Positions 27,150 through 44,508 of a stretch of DNA of 64,000 bases are shown in pieces. Each line of letters begins with the position of its first letter. Within the stretch, counting starts at the first letter, position 1. The stretch is from the NCBI RefSeq assembly GCF_009914755.1, contig NC_060929.1, one strand, 5' to 3'. Both the position numbers and the translations under genes were made by a program. The notes beneath the pieces are model-generated. The model made no database searches. It was given only the letters and a program-made list of their open reading frames with translations, and had not been told where the DNA came from. Origin of the DNA: the human T2T-CHM13v2.0 reference genome, Homo sapiens.

Positions 27150-28304
27150 AGTACAAACTGTTTAATACAGCTTTCCTAGGTCTTTCCCCTGAACATCTTA
27201 CTCCACCATACATACTCCAGCCACAATAATTATTTTTGCTTTCATGAACATGAACTCCCGCCTGTGGACATTTGTACATGATGCTTCCTCTACTTGAAAA
27301 TCTCTTCTGTCTACTGCTTCACCCCTGCAACTCTTCGTTCTTCAGATCTAAGACCTCTAAGGAGGTGTTTCCTGGATACCACCTGTCTCCAGTTAGTACC
27401 TCCTCTGTTTCCCCATAGCTTCCTTCAAGATCACGTATCAAACTGAATTATAGTTTCCTATTTGTTTTTATTTCCCATTAGACTTTAAGTTCTATAAAGG
27501 CACACCCTATTTGTTTCCATCTATCACCAACAATTAGCAGAATTTAGCACACAGATGGTTCTCAAATGTTTGTTAAATATTTTGACTAAGAATGTAATGC
27601 CCAAACAAAATAGTTCATTCTTTTTGCAAAAAAAAAAAAAAAAAAAAAAAATTGATTGTTGCATAAATAGGCCTTCTAGTTATCATATCTACAATCCTCC
27701 TTCTTCTCTGATATGGGATCTGGGGGAATAACTCACAACTTGGGGGAAAGGAACCGAAGAGTTTGACCTTCCCTCTTTTCTTTTCTCTTCCTCCCCCTCT
27801 TCGGCTTCCCTAAACCTCCTTTAACGCTTCCTTTGATTTTTCAATGGAAAAAAAATCATTTGGTTTAGAGTATCCTCTTGAGAGGTAAAGTTGCTTTTCC
27901 AAGTAGAAAACTGAAAATTAGAGTGCAAGAAAGTGTGTAAAGAAATTTTTGTTTTAATCCATGCTCCAATTTGACAAAACCTGGATAGTACAAAACTAAA
28001 TATTATGTGTGTAACATCAAAGAGATCCTCACCTGACCATTTTGTATGTTTTACTGTGAGGCCTTCTCTACCTTCCTTCCCTCCCTCTCTGATAATCACA
28101 AACAGCAGGGTATCTCTGAGTCCTGAGAGTTCTGCATCACCCACACAAGGCTAAGAGAAGGCCTTGAAGACAGAGCCAGGAACCTCTTCATTTGCCACCC
28201 TTAACCCACATCCCATGCCCAGCATAGGCTATTTCTTTTTATAAAACTATGCATTATAAAATTGAGGCGGGGGAGAAGGAGAGAAAATAGCACAATGGCA
28301 GCTG

Positions 28305-28740
28305 CAGCAGGCCGGGTAATCCAGGAAGCAAATCCAAGACAAAATTAGAAATACAAGAGATTTATGAGATTTATTGGGGAAATGTCTGTGAAACATAGAG
28401 AGGAGAGGAAGCAGGTGAAGGCTGTGAGATCCCCAGGCCATGATGTAAGTCTGACACCTGGGAAAAAAAGAGGAAGAGGGAAGGAGGAATGGGTACAAAG
28501 AGCCTCAGATGACAGTACAGTTCTGAGAATGTTTTAGCCAAGCCAGAGAGGAGAGCCATTCGATGGGTCCCATGTTGGCAGAAATGTCCCACCTCCAGTC
28601 TCCCTGCTGTGCAGAGTTATTGGCTAGAAGCAGCCTGGGGAAGGCGTAGCCTCAGAATGACTGCTGTGGTAGCTGGAGCTCCTCCCAGCAGCTTCTGTCT
28701 GGAAGGAGAGTTGAGCCGTGTACCTCCGTGGCTGGCGCAG
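28305..28740 (-). mobile_element. LTR16-like ERVL LTR
   Basis: GTCTGACACCTG...GGAAGGAGGAATGGGTACAAAGAGCCTCAGATGACAGTACAGTTCTGAGAA...TTGGCAGAAATG resembles the recalled LTR16 consensus. Confidence 0.6.
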
Positions 28741-28828
28741 TGGCTTCTGAACTTCTTTGTGAGTTACTCAAACACCAGTCTGCTGTTAAGAGGGAAACTT
28801 AAAGTGAATGTCATGTATTACTTTACCT

Positions 28829-29073
28829 CATCGGTTCTCAATCAAAAATCAAAAGTCAATTTTGCCCCGAGGGGATATTTGGCAATGTCTTCACATTTAC
28901 AATAGTCACCTCTGGCAGGGGGGTGGCTGGGGGAGGTTTGGGGGAGGCATCTAGTGAGTAGCAGCCAGATATGCTGCTAAATGCCTTACAATGCATGGCA
29001 CAGCCCACCGCCACAAAGAATTTAAAAATTATCTGGCTTAAAATGTCAGTGATGCTCAGGTTGAGGAAGCCTG
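28829..29073 (+). mobile_element. MER20 (hAT-Charlie)
   Basis: GGTTCTCAA...TTTTGCCCC..GGGGATATTTGGCAATGTCT...GGCATCTAGTGAGTAG...ATGCTGCTAAA...AAAATGTCAGTGATGCTCAGGTTGAGGAAGCCTG. Confidence 0.85.
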
Positions 29074-30472
29074 CTTTACATCAAATAGAAAAATCTGAAT
29101 TCCATTTCAAGGAAAGTAGTTCTTTCTGTATCAAAGAATGCAAGGTGGCAGGGCAGGTGAGCGAGGGGACATGGATAACACATGTGGCATGTCACTGTAC
29201 ATCTGGAGAGCACTGTAGACCCAAAATTCTACTTTCAAACCTTCCTCATTTCTTATTTCAGTGTGTATAGCCTATGAAATAAATCACACGCACATTGAGA
29301 ATAATATGAAGGCAGAATGCCACATCTACTCCGGAGTCCTGCGTCGTCTACCAGCTGTTGATATGTGTGTCCCATACAGAGTTCTCATCACCTGCAGGAC
29401 TGAGGAAAGACTAACTTTTTGTCAGAAAAGAAGAAAATGACCTAAAACTCTACCTTTCTGTGCAACACATACCATGTTCTTTACAGAGTTAACATTCTAA
29501 TATAAAACATAATTGTTTAACGAGTTTTAGTTATAGGTGGGGGATAATAAAACTCCCATTTTCCTTTCCTACCACAGTGCCCAAACACTGTCTTCTTTAT
29601 TCCATTACTCCAGGGTGAAACTGTAGTGGTGAAAAGGTACCCTGACCAGTCTGCTGACAGATCACTCTCATGGCCAAGAGTGGAATTTCTTAAAGTAGAT
29701 ATAATAATAAGAGTTTTGGAAATAATGTATTTGAAAATATGAAAGTTGCCCAGAAACATGAGATTATTCCCGGCAGCCTAAAAAAAAGAAACAGAATTGG
29801 CCTTTGTGTTACCACTGTGCAAAACCATGGTCAGCCGCCAAAGAACTCAGCTGAAGATGGTAAGAAGAAATCGACAAAGAAAATTTTAATAAGGGATTTT
29901 AAAAAAAAGGAAGAAAAGAAAAATAAAAACCTGTTCAATCTCCTGCCTTCCACCTGCACTGATCCCCACAAGAGAAGGAGTAGATGATACTGAAACAAAG
30001 TGATTTCACTGCCAGTTCATAGTTCTGGGGAAAGATGAGTTAGAAAGGATCACCTGAATTGGAGGTAGAGTCATCTGTAGATTTCAAATATCTGCTTCAC
30101 TTTTGTTCCATGTTACTGTAAATAATTATCAAGTGACAGTAAAGATTTATAAAAGCATTTAAAACAATGAATAAGGAGAGTTGGTGGAGTTATAAGGTGG
30201 TTTTCTTGGTTCATGAACTTGTTTGCAAAAGACGCATGGCCTTATACTTAAACATGATATAAAGGTCCAACAAAGCTATTACAATCTAATAATAAAATTA
30301 TACAATGTTTCTTTCCTCTATAGCTAATGCAGGCTTTACTTAAAAAAAAACAAACAAACAAACAAACAAAAACAGTATCAGTTTCCAAAAGGAACTTACC
30401 TTCCATTCTTGTCAGACATTCAGGAACCAAGCTTCTCATTTTGAGCTTCTTATATTATGTAAAGAAATGCAT

Positions 30473-30878
<406 letters not shown>

Positions 30879-33678
30879 TCACAGCCAAACTGGTATGCAT
30901 TGAGTCTCTGGAGGCTGAAGACAAAAAAGTTTTTAATCTTATTTGTGCCATTTAAATATTTATAAGATTTAAGAAAAGGATTTTCCTTTTCTTTTTTAAT
31001 CCGTGACTGTAAGGGACCAATTTGGAAGTCAGAAAATTTAGAGAAAATTGTGCTATTGACGTGCTGACTTTGGCAAATGAGCCTTAGATTCCTCTTTGTA
31101 TACCTGCCTTCTTGCTTCAGTTAATTGGAAGTACATGCAATGACAGAAATAAAATCTCTGGCTCTTTGAAAAGTAGGATGCCATGGGAGAAAGACTTTTT
31201 AATAATTTTCTCTATTATGAAGGGCTTAGGTCTGGAGGATAGAGGCAAAAACTGCAAATCCCCCTTGTTGTGCATTCACTCACATTCACTACCAAGGCTC
31301 CCATTTTGATCATTCCCCTTGACCAGAAAATGGAGAGTGCAAATGTGTGTTCTTAGATGCAGGAAAAATAAACATCCACCAGCTTCAGCTTCAGAAACAC
31401 GCATGAGGAGCCTTCAGTTTGCAAAGCAACAGCCTCACGTAATAGACGACGATGTGTACATGATTCACTGCAGCTTTTGACACTTCACAAATCAAGTCTG
31501 ATTGGGTTTCTCATTGAAGCGATCTGACAGCATAACCAGAAAGCCTCCTGGGGCTGTTCTTTTTTTCTCCTTAGCAATGGATAAAAACAACCCAGAAACA
31601 GTCATTTTGGAAGTGGTAGTATCCAAACTTAGTTTTCTATTTTATTTATTGTCATGTAATTGCTTCTCTAACCCACTGTATTGATCTTGAGTGGGAAGGG
31701 AAGGGGGTTGGATGGAAGAAGAGCATTGCTCCGAGTCAGACATCTGTGTTTAGTCCTGAGGGAAAGAAATAAATAGTCCCAGCCTAGAAGAAGAGGGAGG
31801 GGAGAGGAGGTGGAAAAAAAAAAAAAAACCCAGAAGATGGACTGGTTTGCAAGGGATCCCAGTGGATTCCTGCTTACACCAGAGCATCATTTAAGCCTAT
31901 GTTCTTCCATCTACCTTGTTTGCAGTAAATAGCTGCCCATTATGTCAGGTCAGGCAAGTGCCGGGGCGTCACAGCTCAGTGGCCGTGATCAGCTCACAGA
32001 GCAGCAAGAAAAGGCCCCCAGAGAGCAAACGCATGTGTCAAGTTCTGGAGCCGTCAAGGTTCTAAGCGACAGCTTATCTTGAAGGTTTAAAACATGCAAG
32101 CTGTCCCTACTTGCTTCTCTCTCCTCCTCCGCACCTTTCACTCTCCCTCCTCTTCTCCCCCACTCCACTTATTCCCCCTCCCCTAGTCTTTTTGCCTCTT
32201 GACAATCTGCTTGAAAGAAGACAGATGCTGGAGCAGTTTTCCTTAAGTTGGCTCTAATTCCATAAGGTGCAATCCACCAAACACAACTCTGTCCATCTTA
32301 TGAAAAGGCTAAGATCCTGAGGCAGCCCCATTTATTATTTGTCTTGACACTAACACAAGTATTTTCAGATGGGTTGGAGGCTGTCACTTTACTATCTTAT
32401 GTTCTTTGCCCTCAATAAATAAGACACATTAAAGTTCTTAAAGGCAAACAAAGAACTGTATCCTGGGTACCATTTGTCCTGCAGTTGCCATGTTTAATTG
32501 AACATTTTATAGCACTCTAATGCCATGTCAGGTTCTTAATGTGACATGTGTTCCTCTCTTACATTATCAAGGGCTAAGAGCATCACAGAATCTTCCTTGG
32601 ATTCGTGCGTATGAGGAATAAGATTTATCCTGTGAGCTTCACTGAATCATTTATGAGTTGCCTTATCTTACCCAGGCAATTTTATAACTCATAAATGGCC
32701 CCTGTGGTCTGCTGTCTGGATTTTGTTTACTATAAAATCCCAAAATAGTATGACTATTTTCAAGATAGCAAGCTAAATTTTGCCGCAGTATAGAAGTACT
32801 CCGTATCTGTCCTTTATTTTGCCATTTGCTGGTCCCAGTTACAAGCATGGAACCAATCTGGGGAAAGGACGAGGCTCACGGATGGCACTTTAGAATCTCT
32901 AGTCCTACTATAGGGCAAAGGTAAGAGCCAGTGACTGCCAAAGTTTATAAAGTAATTATGGTGTTTGGCACTTATCTTTAGAGAATGCTGTCCTGGACAG
33001 AGCTAGACAGCAGTGGAACCCCTAGCTGCTTATGTTCCAGCAGAAATTAGCCATGTCTCAGCAAGATACACACTCAAACCAATACTGAAAAAGTGCAGGA
33101 TGTTGGCCAAATCGGGAAGAGATTAACTATGTTTAATTAAGAGGAAAAGAAACGTGAATGTTAGGTGCGTAATGAAAGGGGGATTGTGGGAAGTTGTGTT
33201 TTTGTCATGTCATTTTCAATGGGAAAACTTCATGAAATAGATGGATGTACAGGGTGTCCTGAAATGAGAGACAGCCAGCTCCCTGGGCTTACTAAGTCCC
33301 TGTCGCATGCAAAATCCTCAGCTCCATACAGAGTGCTGTGAGTGCTTACCCAGACAACACAATTTCTTTCCAGCTCAGTCATGGGCTAAATAATTTAAAC
33401 ATTTCATAATTTAAATATTTCAGGAATGTCTTAGGCAGACAATGTGGTTTTTCAACCAGCACATGACCACAGTGTCCTATTTTCCCCTGAGTATTCTGAG
33501 TTTTTCTATGTATTTCTGGTAATAAATACAACTTAGTATTCATTTCTGATGTCTATTTATTTCAGGGTGACTGAGTATTCAAATACTTCCTGTAATACAT
33601 AAAATGTATGAGATACTTTTTGCTTTGAATCAAAATTATATTTAATTTTTCAAATATTTCCCTTAAAATTCAATCACC

Positions 33679-33975
<297 letters not shown>

Positions 33976-34039
33976 TCACCAACCAAACACTGGAAGGGAT
34001 TTTTTCACATTTTTGCATAAGAGGCAGTACAGCCCAGTT

Positions 34040-34230
34040 CATGGTATCTTTATTTCACAGCTGCTCTGTCATTTTTCTCTTGAGTCTCAGTTTACTCATC
34101 TGTAAAATGGAAATACTGACACCTGACTTGTAAGCCTGTTATAAATATTAAATATGAAGTGTCTAATCCAGTACCTAGAACATTCATTGGCATGAAATAA
34201 ATGCCCACTGTTGTTGTTTTCATTATTATC
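34040..34230 (+). mobile_element. MIR
   Basis: TGAGTCTCAGTTTACTCATCTGTAAAATGGA core. Confidence 0.75.
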
Positions 34231-35599
34231 AGATATGTGTAAATTTCATATGTGAAACTCTAGAAAAGATTGTGTGTAAAATTTTGCAGACATTTTGGCA
34301 CTTTAACTTTCCATCATAGATTATGGTAGTGACAGGATAAGGATGGGGAAATTGGCTACATTCATCATTTATTCTTTCCACAAATATTTATTGAGTGCCC
34401 TACCCTACATAAGCATTATGAAAAATGACAAGAGAGATGGCAAATACTTCAGCAAAATAGTCATGAGGGTTAGAGTCAAAACTAAAAACTTCAGTCACTG
34501 AGTCTATGCAAAACCTCTTGATGGGTTTTCAAGGAGAGGTTCTAGATTCTGTTCCTCTGTAATGTACCCTTCATGGGAAATCAAGTAAATCTAATGATTC
34601 AGACTCTTGGATCCAAGGGCTCACTCCATTCCTGCAGATTTCTTCAAATTTCTACCAATATCCTCTTTACAGAAAGCCAATGTTGTGCCTTTTCTTACTT
34701 GAATTTGTCATAAGAGAAGGCTGACAAACCTATTCTTATCTTCTTATCCTTCCTAGTCATTGTAGAAACCTCTGTTATTAAAATATTTTTTACAGATGAG
34801 CAATTCATACCATGCCTATAATAAATTTTTCCATTTTCCCCAGGATGCAAATGTGAGAAACATCAAAGAAATTCAATTATAAAAACCTATTTTCATTCAG
34901 TTAAGGACGGGAAAATTTATTATGGGTTGCTATTTGCCATGTTTCACATGGGCATAAATGAATTCAATTTCAATCAAAGTATTAAGTTTTTCCTAATAGG
35001 TTTTGACTGGACTGAACACAAGCATCTTGACATGTGTACTGAGAAGATACAGCTCTGCAAACATGCCTAAGGAATGAAGATTTTGTAAAAAAGAATTTAG
35101 CTACCTAGAAACATTTAGAGATCTGGTTCTGGACATATTTATTTAAGCAGGGTATATGTGAGGTAGGACAATTAAGATTTTGATGTGTGACTTTAAGTTG
35201 TCCCACTTTGAATACCTGGTTTTATCTGAGAAAGAAGCATGAGATCCCCGCCACAACTCCACTGGACACCCATTTGTTTTTCAATGAATTCTGTGTGGTT
35301 TCTCTACTTCATGCCACTGTGGGAGAGATTCTGGGTGTTCTCAAGCATCCAGATAACTAGGGGTTTTGCCTTCTTTATAAATATTAGATTATGTATGACC
35401 AGTGGTGTATTCTTTCTCTGTAAAAGGCTTTTTCCCTCTACTCGCTTATTACAGGAGGAAGCACAATATAGAAGTTTTACTTGTCCTTTTAGCCACAGAA
35501 TCTGAGTAAAATGTAAAAGTAAAATTATTCCAAATGAGGGGCAAGGCAGATGACCACAGCACCTTCGTGTTCCAGGTGGCAAAGCAGGCCTCCAGCTGG

Positions 35600-36210
35600 G
35601 GAGGGTATATTGGTAGAATCTCTCACAAACTAATTTGGCATTGCTTTCTATCATTCAAATCTGAATGACTCAGAAATTTTACTCCCAGGTATATACCATA
35701 GAGAGATTGTTGCCCATGTGCACCAAAAGAACTGTACAAGAATCATTTTAGCAGCACTGTTTGTGATAACAAAAACTGAAAATGTTTCCAGTGTATACTA
35801 AAAGGAGAGTGAATAAATAAATTGTGGAACTTTTACACAATGAATTATTATAAAGCAGTGAAAATAAATATTATCTTCATGCAATAATAATATTGAAACA
35901 TAATGAAACATGAAAAAACAAGTCAGAAAAACATATACACACATCCATCCATACATGGATACATATATACATATAATAATACTATTTATATAAAGCTCAA
36001 AATTATACAAAAATAAAATGTAAGAGTGTTTACCTCCAGGAGTTGGTGCAGTGCAGGGGGATGTGAATGGAAGCATCACCTAAGTTTTAATAACAGTATT
36101 AGTAATTTTTGTGGTCTTCAGTTGAGTAGTAGCTGTGCTAGTGTTGATTTTATTACCATGCCTCATGGTATACATATATCATCTTGTATGTATGAAATAT
36201 CACATGCTAA
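35600..36210 (+). mobile_element. Old L1M (L1ME-like) 3' fragment
   Basis: ATGACTCAGAAATTTTACTCCCAGGTATATACC...GCAGCACTGTTTGTGATAACAAAAACTG...AAATTGTGG corresponds to the L1 ORF2 end and 3'UTR. Confidence 0.7.
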
Positions 36211-37649
36211 AAAACAAAACTCAATTTCAAACAAAATCTTACCTAAAACAAAAGATTAGTGGACTTCAAACCAATTCACATATATATGGGCCTAATCCTA
36301 ATAGATAATTTCTGAGTGCCCAGCAGTGGAGAGATGCAATTTAGAGACAACACACAGGACTATTTCAGAGTTTATCTGCAAGTCTTGCTTTAAATTTTCC
36401 AATGTTATTTGCCTTTTTCACATCTATCATAGCTTATGAATGAACTTCTGAGGGTAACATTTACTTGATGAAGCTTCCAGGAATTATTTAAAATTGTCAT
36501 GCTTAAGATATCAACTTAAATTGTACATATCCACGTTTGAGATCTCCACAGCATATTCTTTACCTTTCTAAGGGATTTCACAGAGCTTTGCAGGCAAACT
36601 TACAGACTAAGGAGACAGACACACTAACAATCCTACAGTTTGTGTGCTGCTAAAATACCCACGGTAGCCCTATTTTAAAAAATATTTGTTATTCCCTTCT
36701 ACTTCAGAAGAAGTTCACTATATATACCCTATCTTAATTTCTCAGTAAGATGGGAAACTTTAGAGGTTATCTGTGCTCTGGTCTTTGAACCCTGGTGAAA
36801 GTCACTCTTCAAAGTCATGAGGAACTGTAATAATGAATACATCTCCATTCACCATATTTGTAGTTGAAAATACATAAACATTAAAAAGTAAGAAATACGG
36901 GAAAGTAAATGTGTATTGGCAATATTTAATTATTTTGCAGCTGATATATTGAAAAATGTTTTATCTGTTTAGTCTGAAACATCAGGAATTGTTTTCATTA
37001 CATAATTTTTTAAATGCCAAAATGGAAAAAAAAATGTTAAGGTCAAAGTTCTGGAAAAGATCTTAAAAGATCCTGATGGAACCCTATTATTGCAACTGAA
37101 GTTTTTTCACCCAATGATTAGAAAATGCCATTCTAAGAGAAATTATTGGTGGTAAAACCACGACGTTACATGTTGACCTAATGGCTATTCCTCAAAGGTA
37201 AGTCAAAACATTCCATGAGCTTCTCTTATTGATTGTTGTTCCCCAGTGCACCTCTGGGAGAACAACAGCAAAGAAATGTTTTGATCGGAGAAAGAGTGAC
37301 CTTTACATTGGAAGTGTTTTAATGCTGTGATATGCTGAAATAACTAACTGAAAAGATAGCAAAGCAGGGAAAAATCTTATTATTTTGTAACCCATGGGGA
37401 AATGGGCATTTTTAAACTTTTCTACAAAATCAGAAATCTGATAAAATTATTGAGGCTAGATCTGAAATGCTGTGTTCCTGATTGGAGTAAGGCTTAATAT
37501 CCTTACATAAGCAATGAAGAAGCACACACCAACACTCAAAGGCCTACATAAATGCCTTTCTATTGATGCGCAGAAGAAGAGAAGTGCTCACGTGGTGGCA
37601 ACCAGAGCTGCCAGCTAAGATGTGCCTGCCAGCATGCTCTGCACGTGCG

Positions 37650-37810
37650 CCCATCTTTTCACAGTCTGTACACTAACATTCTAAGGCGGCCGTTGTTATA
37701 CTCATTTTATAACAGAGGAGTCTAAGGGCCAGACCATTTAAGTAACTTGTCTCAGGTCATACAGTGAGTATGTGGCAGGGTCTGATTCTATGCCATAAGC
37801 AGGGTTCTCA
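37650..37810 (-). mobile_element. MIR
   Basis: CTCATTTTATAACAGAGGAG...TTAAGTAACTTGTCTCAGGTCATACAG. Confidence 0.65.
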
Positions 37811-38251
37811 CCAATGAGAATTACAGGTTGGTGATCAGAGCACCTGTAGCTTGCCAAATTTGAAGTGCACCTGATATGAATAATTATTGAGTAGTTCCTT
37901 AAAACAGTAAGAACCAGTTTTCTACGTTAAACCATTTGCAATGGTAAAAACAGAAGTAAAGACACAGACTCAAGGTTTTTCTATCAGGATTTCTTTTTAG
38001 CATGTTGGTTCAAATCTGACTTGCTTTTTCCTTGTTTAGGGATTTTATCTTCTCTTATGATCAGAAGCATTTATTGATGTCAGTGGCTTGCTCTATTTCT
38101 CAACAATTTCACCCAACAGATCTCCATATTTGGATCAATCCAATGGAAAGACACAAATATCACAAACAGCTCTGGGAAAAAGAAAATTTAATTTATAATT
38201 AAAGAACCTGAGTCTCTGTGAGCCTGCTGTCTTCAAAAGCAATTTGACTTG

Positions 38252-38382
38252 ATCATTCTGCTATAAAGACACATGCACATGTATGTTTATTGTGACACTA
38301 TTCACAATAGCACAGACTTGGAACCAACCCAAATGTCCATCAATGATAGACTGGATTAAGAAAATGTGGCACATATACACCA
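38252..38382 (+). mobile_element. Internal L1PA ORF2 3' fragment without a poly-A tail
   Basis: About 96% identical to the reverse complement of 39760-39890; flanked by ACTTG on both sides. Confidence 0.9.
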
Positions 38383-39145
38383 CTTGCATGTATATTTGAC
38401 ATTAGCAGCCAGCATGAATCATGGAGAGAGCACACAATGAAGGCCACGCTGTTCTAATGTTCACTATTAGAGCAAATGTTCTTCCCATGGTCAATGTCTA
38501 CTTCCTGTATAGGGAGGTAGAGGCAGTCTCCCAGTTCTGGCTTCCTAGGTGCATTCCTAGAAGCTGCTGGGGCATTGGAATATGTCCTGGAACATTACCT
38601 TCTTTGGCTGTAGTCCTCAGATGGTAGATCACAATGCCCACTCTCTGTAACACAGCCCCACCCAAGCCATTTTCTTTTCCTTCTTTCTACTGCTCCACTA
38701 CTGCCAGATGCTGAACGTATGAGCCCACCTTTGCCATTTCCCACCTCTTCCCCGTGCCTCCCATGGAAGGGTACACAGTGGTCATTACACAGCCCTTCAC
38801 TCTCCAGCACCCAGTTGGCAAGTCATTCTCAGTTCTTTGGCTCACAATGCAAAGGAAGAAAAATATGCTGTTATCAGATCCTTCAAACTAAGGTGTGGGT
38901 GGCACTCCTCACTAGAACTGCAGCACACCTACTCTGTGTCATTAAAGGGGACAAATGTTGTGAATGCTATTGTGCCTAAAAAACTGGTTTTTGTGTCCTG
39001 AATAAGGAGGTGATGCTTTTCAATTGAGCTTCAAAAGAAAACATAGCTAGCAGTGAGAAGGGGACATTAGCAACCTTAGCAGCCCGTGATGAAAATGAAA
39101 CTAGTAATAACCAAAGCTATTTGAGCACTTAAACAGGACCACACA

Positions 39146-39291
39146 CAATTATATATATGTAATATACCTATAATATATGACCCATAATATATATAATATA
39201 CATATATTATAGGTATATTATATACCTATAATTATATACCCATTATATATAATATACATGTATTATAGGTATATTATATTATATATAATTG
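39146..39291. repeat. AT-rich nested inverted/tandem repeat
   Basis: Outer arms CAATTATATATA...TATATATAATTG; repeated TATACCTATA / TATAGGTATA units. Confidence 0.85.
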
Positions 39292-39299
39292 CATTGAAT

Positions 39300-39403
39300 A
39301 CTGAAAACAAACCCATGAAGTAAGTACTATTGCTCCTATTTTATAAACAAGGAAGGAAACCAAGGATAAGAGATATTAAGTAAGTTGTCCAAGGTCACAC
39401 AGC
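39300..39403 (-). mobile_element. MIR (left part, split by the L1; continues at about 45525-45600)
   Basis: CCTATTTTATAAACAAGGAA...TTAAGTAAGTTGTCCAAGGTCACACAGCT. Confidence 0.7.
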
Positions 39404-39619
39404 TTTTTTTTTTTATATACTTTAAGTTCTAGGGTACATGTGCACAACGTGCAGGTTTGTTACATATATATATACATGTGCCATGTTGGTGTGCTGCACC
39501 CATTAACTCGTCATTTACTTTAGGTATATCTCCGAATGCTATCCCTCCCCTCTCCCCCCACCCCGTGACAGGCCCCAGTGTGTGATGTTCCCCTTCCTGT
39601 GTCCAAGTGTTCTCATTGT

Positions 39620-43435
<3,816 letters not shown>

Positions 43436-43498
43436 TATGATTTTAGGTGGATATTTTGCTCGTTAGTTGATGCAGTTTCTTCCTAGCATCAATGGTCT

Positions 43499-44508
43499 TT
43501 ACAATTTGGCATGTTTTTGCAGTGACTGGTACCAATTGTTCCTTTCCATGTTTAGTGCTTCCTTCAGGAGCTCCTTTAGGGCAGGCCTGGTGGTGACAAA
43601 ATCTCTCAGCATTTGCTTGTCTGTAAAGTATTTTATTTCTCCTTCACTTATGAAGCTTAGTTTGGCTGGATATGAAATTCTGGGTTGAAAATTCTTTTCT
43701 TTAAGAATGTTGAATATTGATCCCCACTCTCTTCTGGCTTGTAGAGTTTCTGCCGAGAGATCATCTCTTAGTCTGATGGGCTTCCCTTCATGGGTAACCC
43801 AACCTTTCTCTCTGGCTGCCCTTAACATTTTTTCTTTCATTTCAACTTTGGTGAATCTAACAGTTATGTGTCTTTGAGTTGCTCTTCTCAAGGCGTATCT
43901 TTGTGGTGTTCTCTGTATTTCCTGAATTTGAATGTTGGCCTGCCTTGCTAGGTTGGGGAAGTTCTCCTGGATAATATCCTGAAGAGTGTTTTCCAACTTG
44001 GTTCCATTGTCCCCATCACTTTCAGGTGCACCAATCAGATGCAGATTTGGTCTTTTCACATAGTCCCATATTTCTTGGAGGCTTTGTTCATTTCTTTTTA
44101 CTATTTTTTCTCTAAACTTCTCTTCTCGCTTCATTTCATTCATTTGATCTTCAATCACTGATATCCTTTCTTCTCCTTGATCAAGTCGGCTACTTCAGTG
44201 CATTCATCACGTAGTTCTCGTGCCATGGTTTTCAGCTCCATCAGGTCCTTTAAGGACTTCTCTGCATTGGTTATTCTAGTTAGCCATTTGTCTAATCTTA
44301 TTTCAAGGTTTTTAGCTTCTTTGCAATGGGTTCAAACTTCCTCCTTTAGCTTGGAGAAGTTTGATCATCTGAAGCCTTCTCTCAACTCATCAAAGTCATT
44401 CTCTGTCCAGCTTTGTTCCATTGCTGGCAAGGAGCTGCGTTCCTTTGGAGGGGGAGAGGTGCTCTGATATTTAGAATTTTCACCTTTTCTGCTTTGTTTT
44501 TTCCCCAT
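43499..44508 (-). pseudogene. ORF1: L1 ORF1p RNA chaperone, frameshifted in the N-terminal coiled coil
   Basis: Start ATGGGGAAAAAACAA at 44508; span of 1010 nt is not a multiple of 3; C-terminal 219 aa open (EIWDYVKRPNL, QARREW, YPAKLS). Confidence 0.95.
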
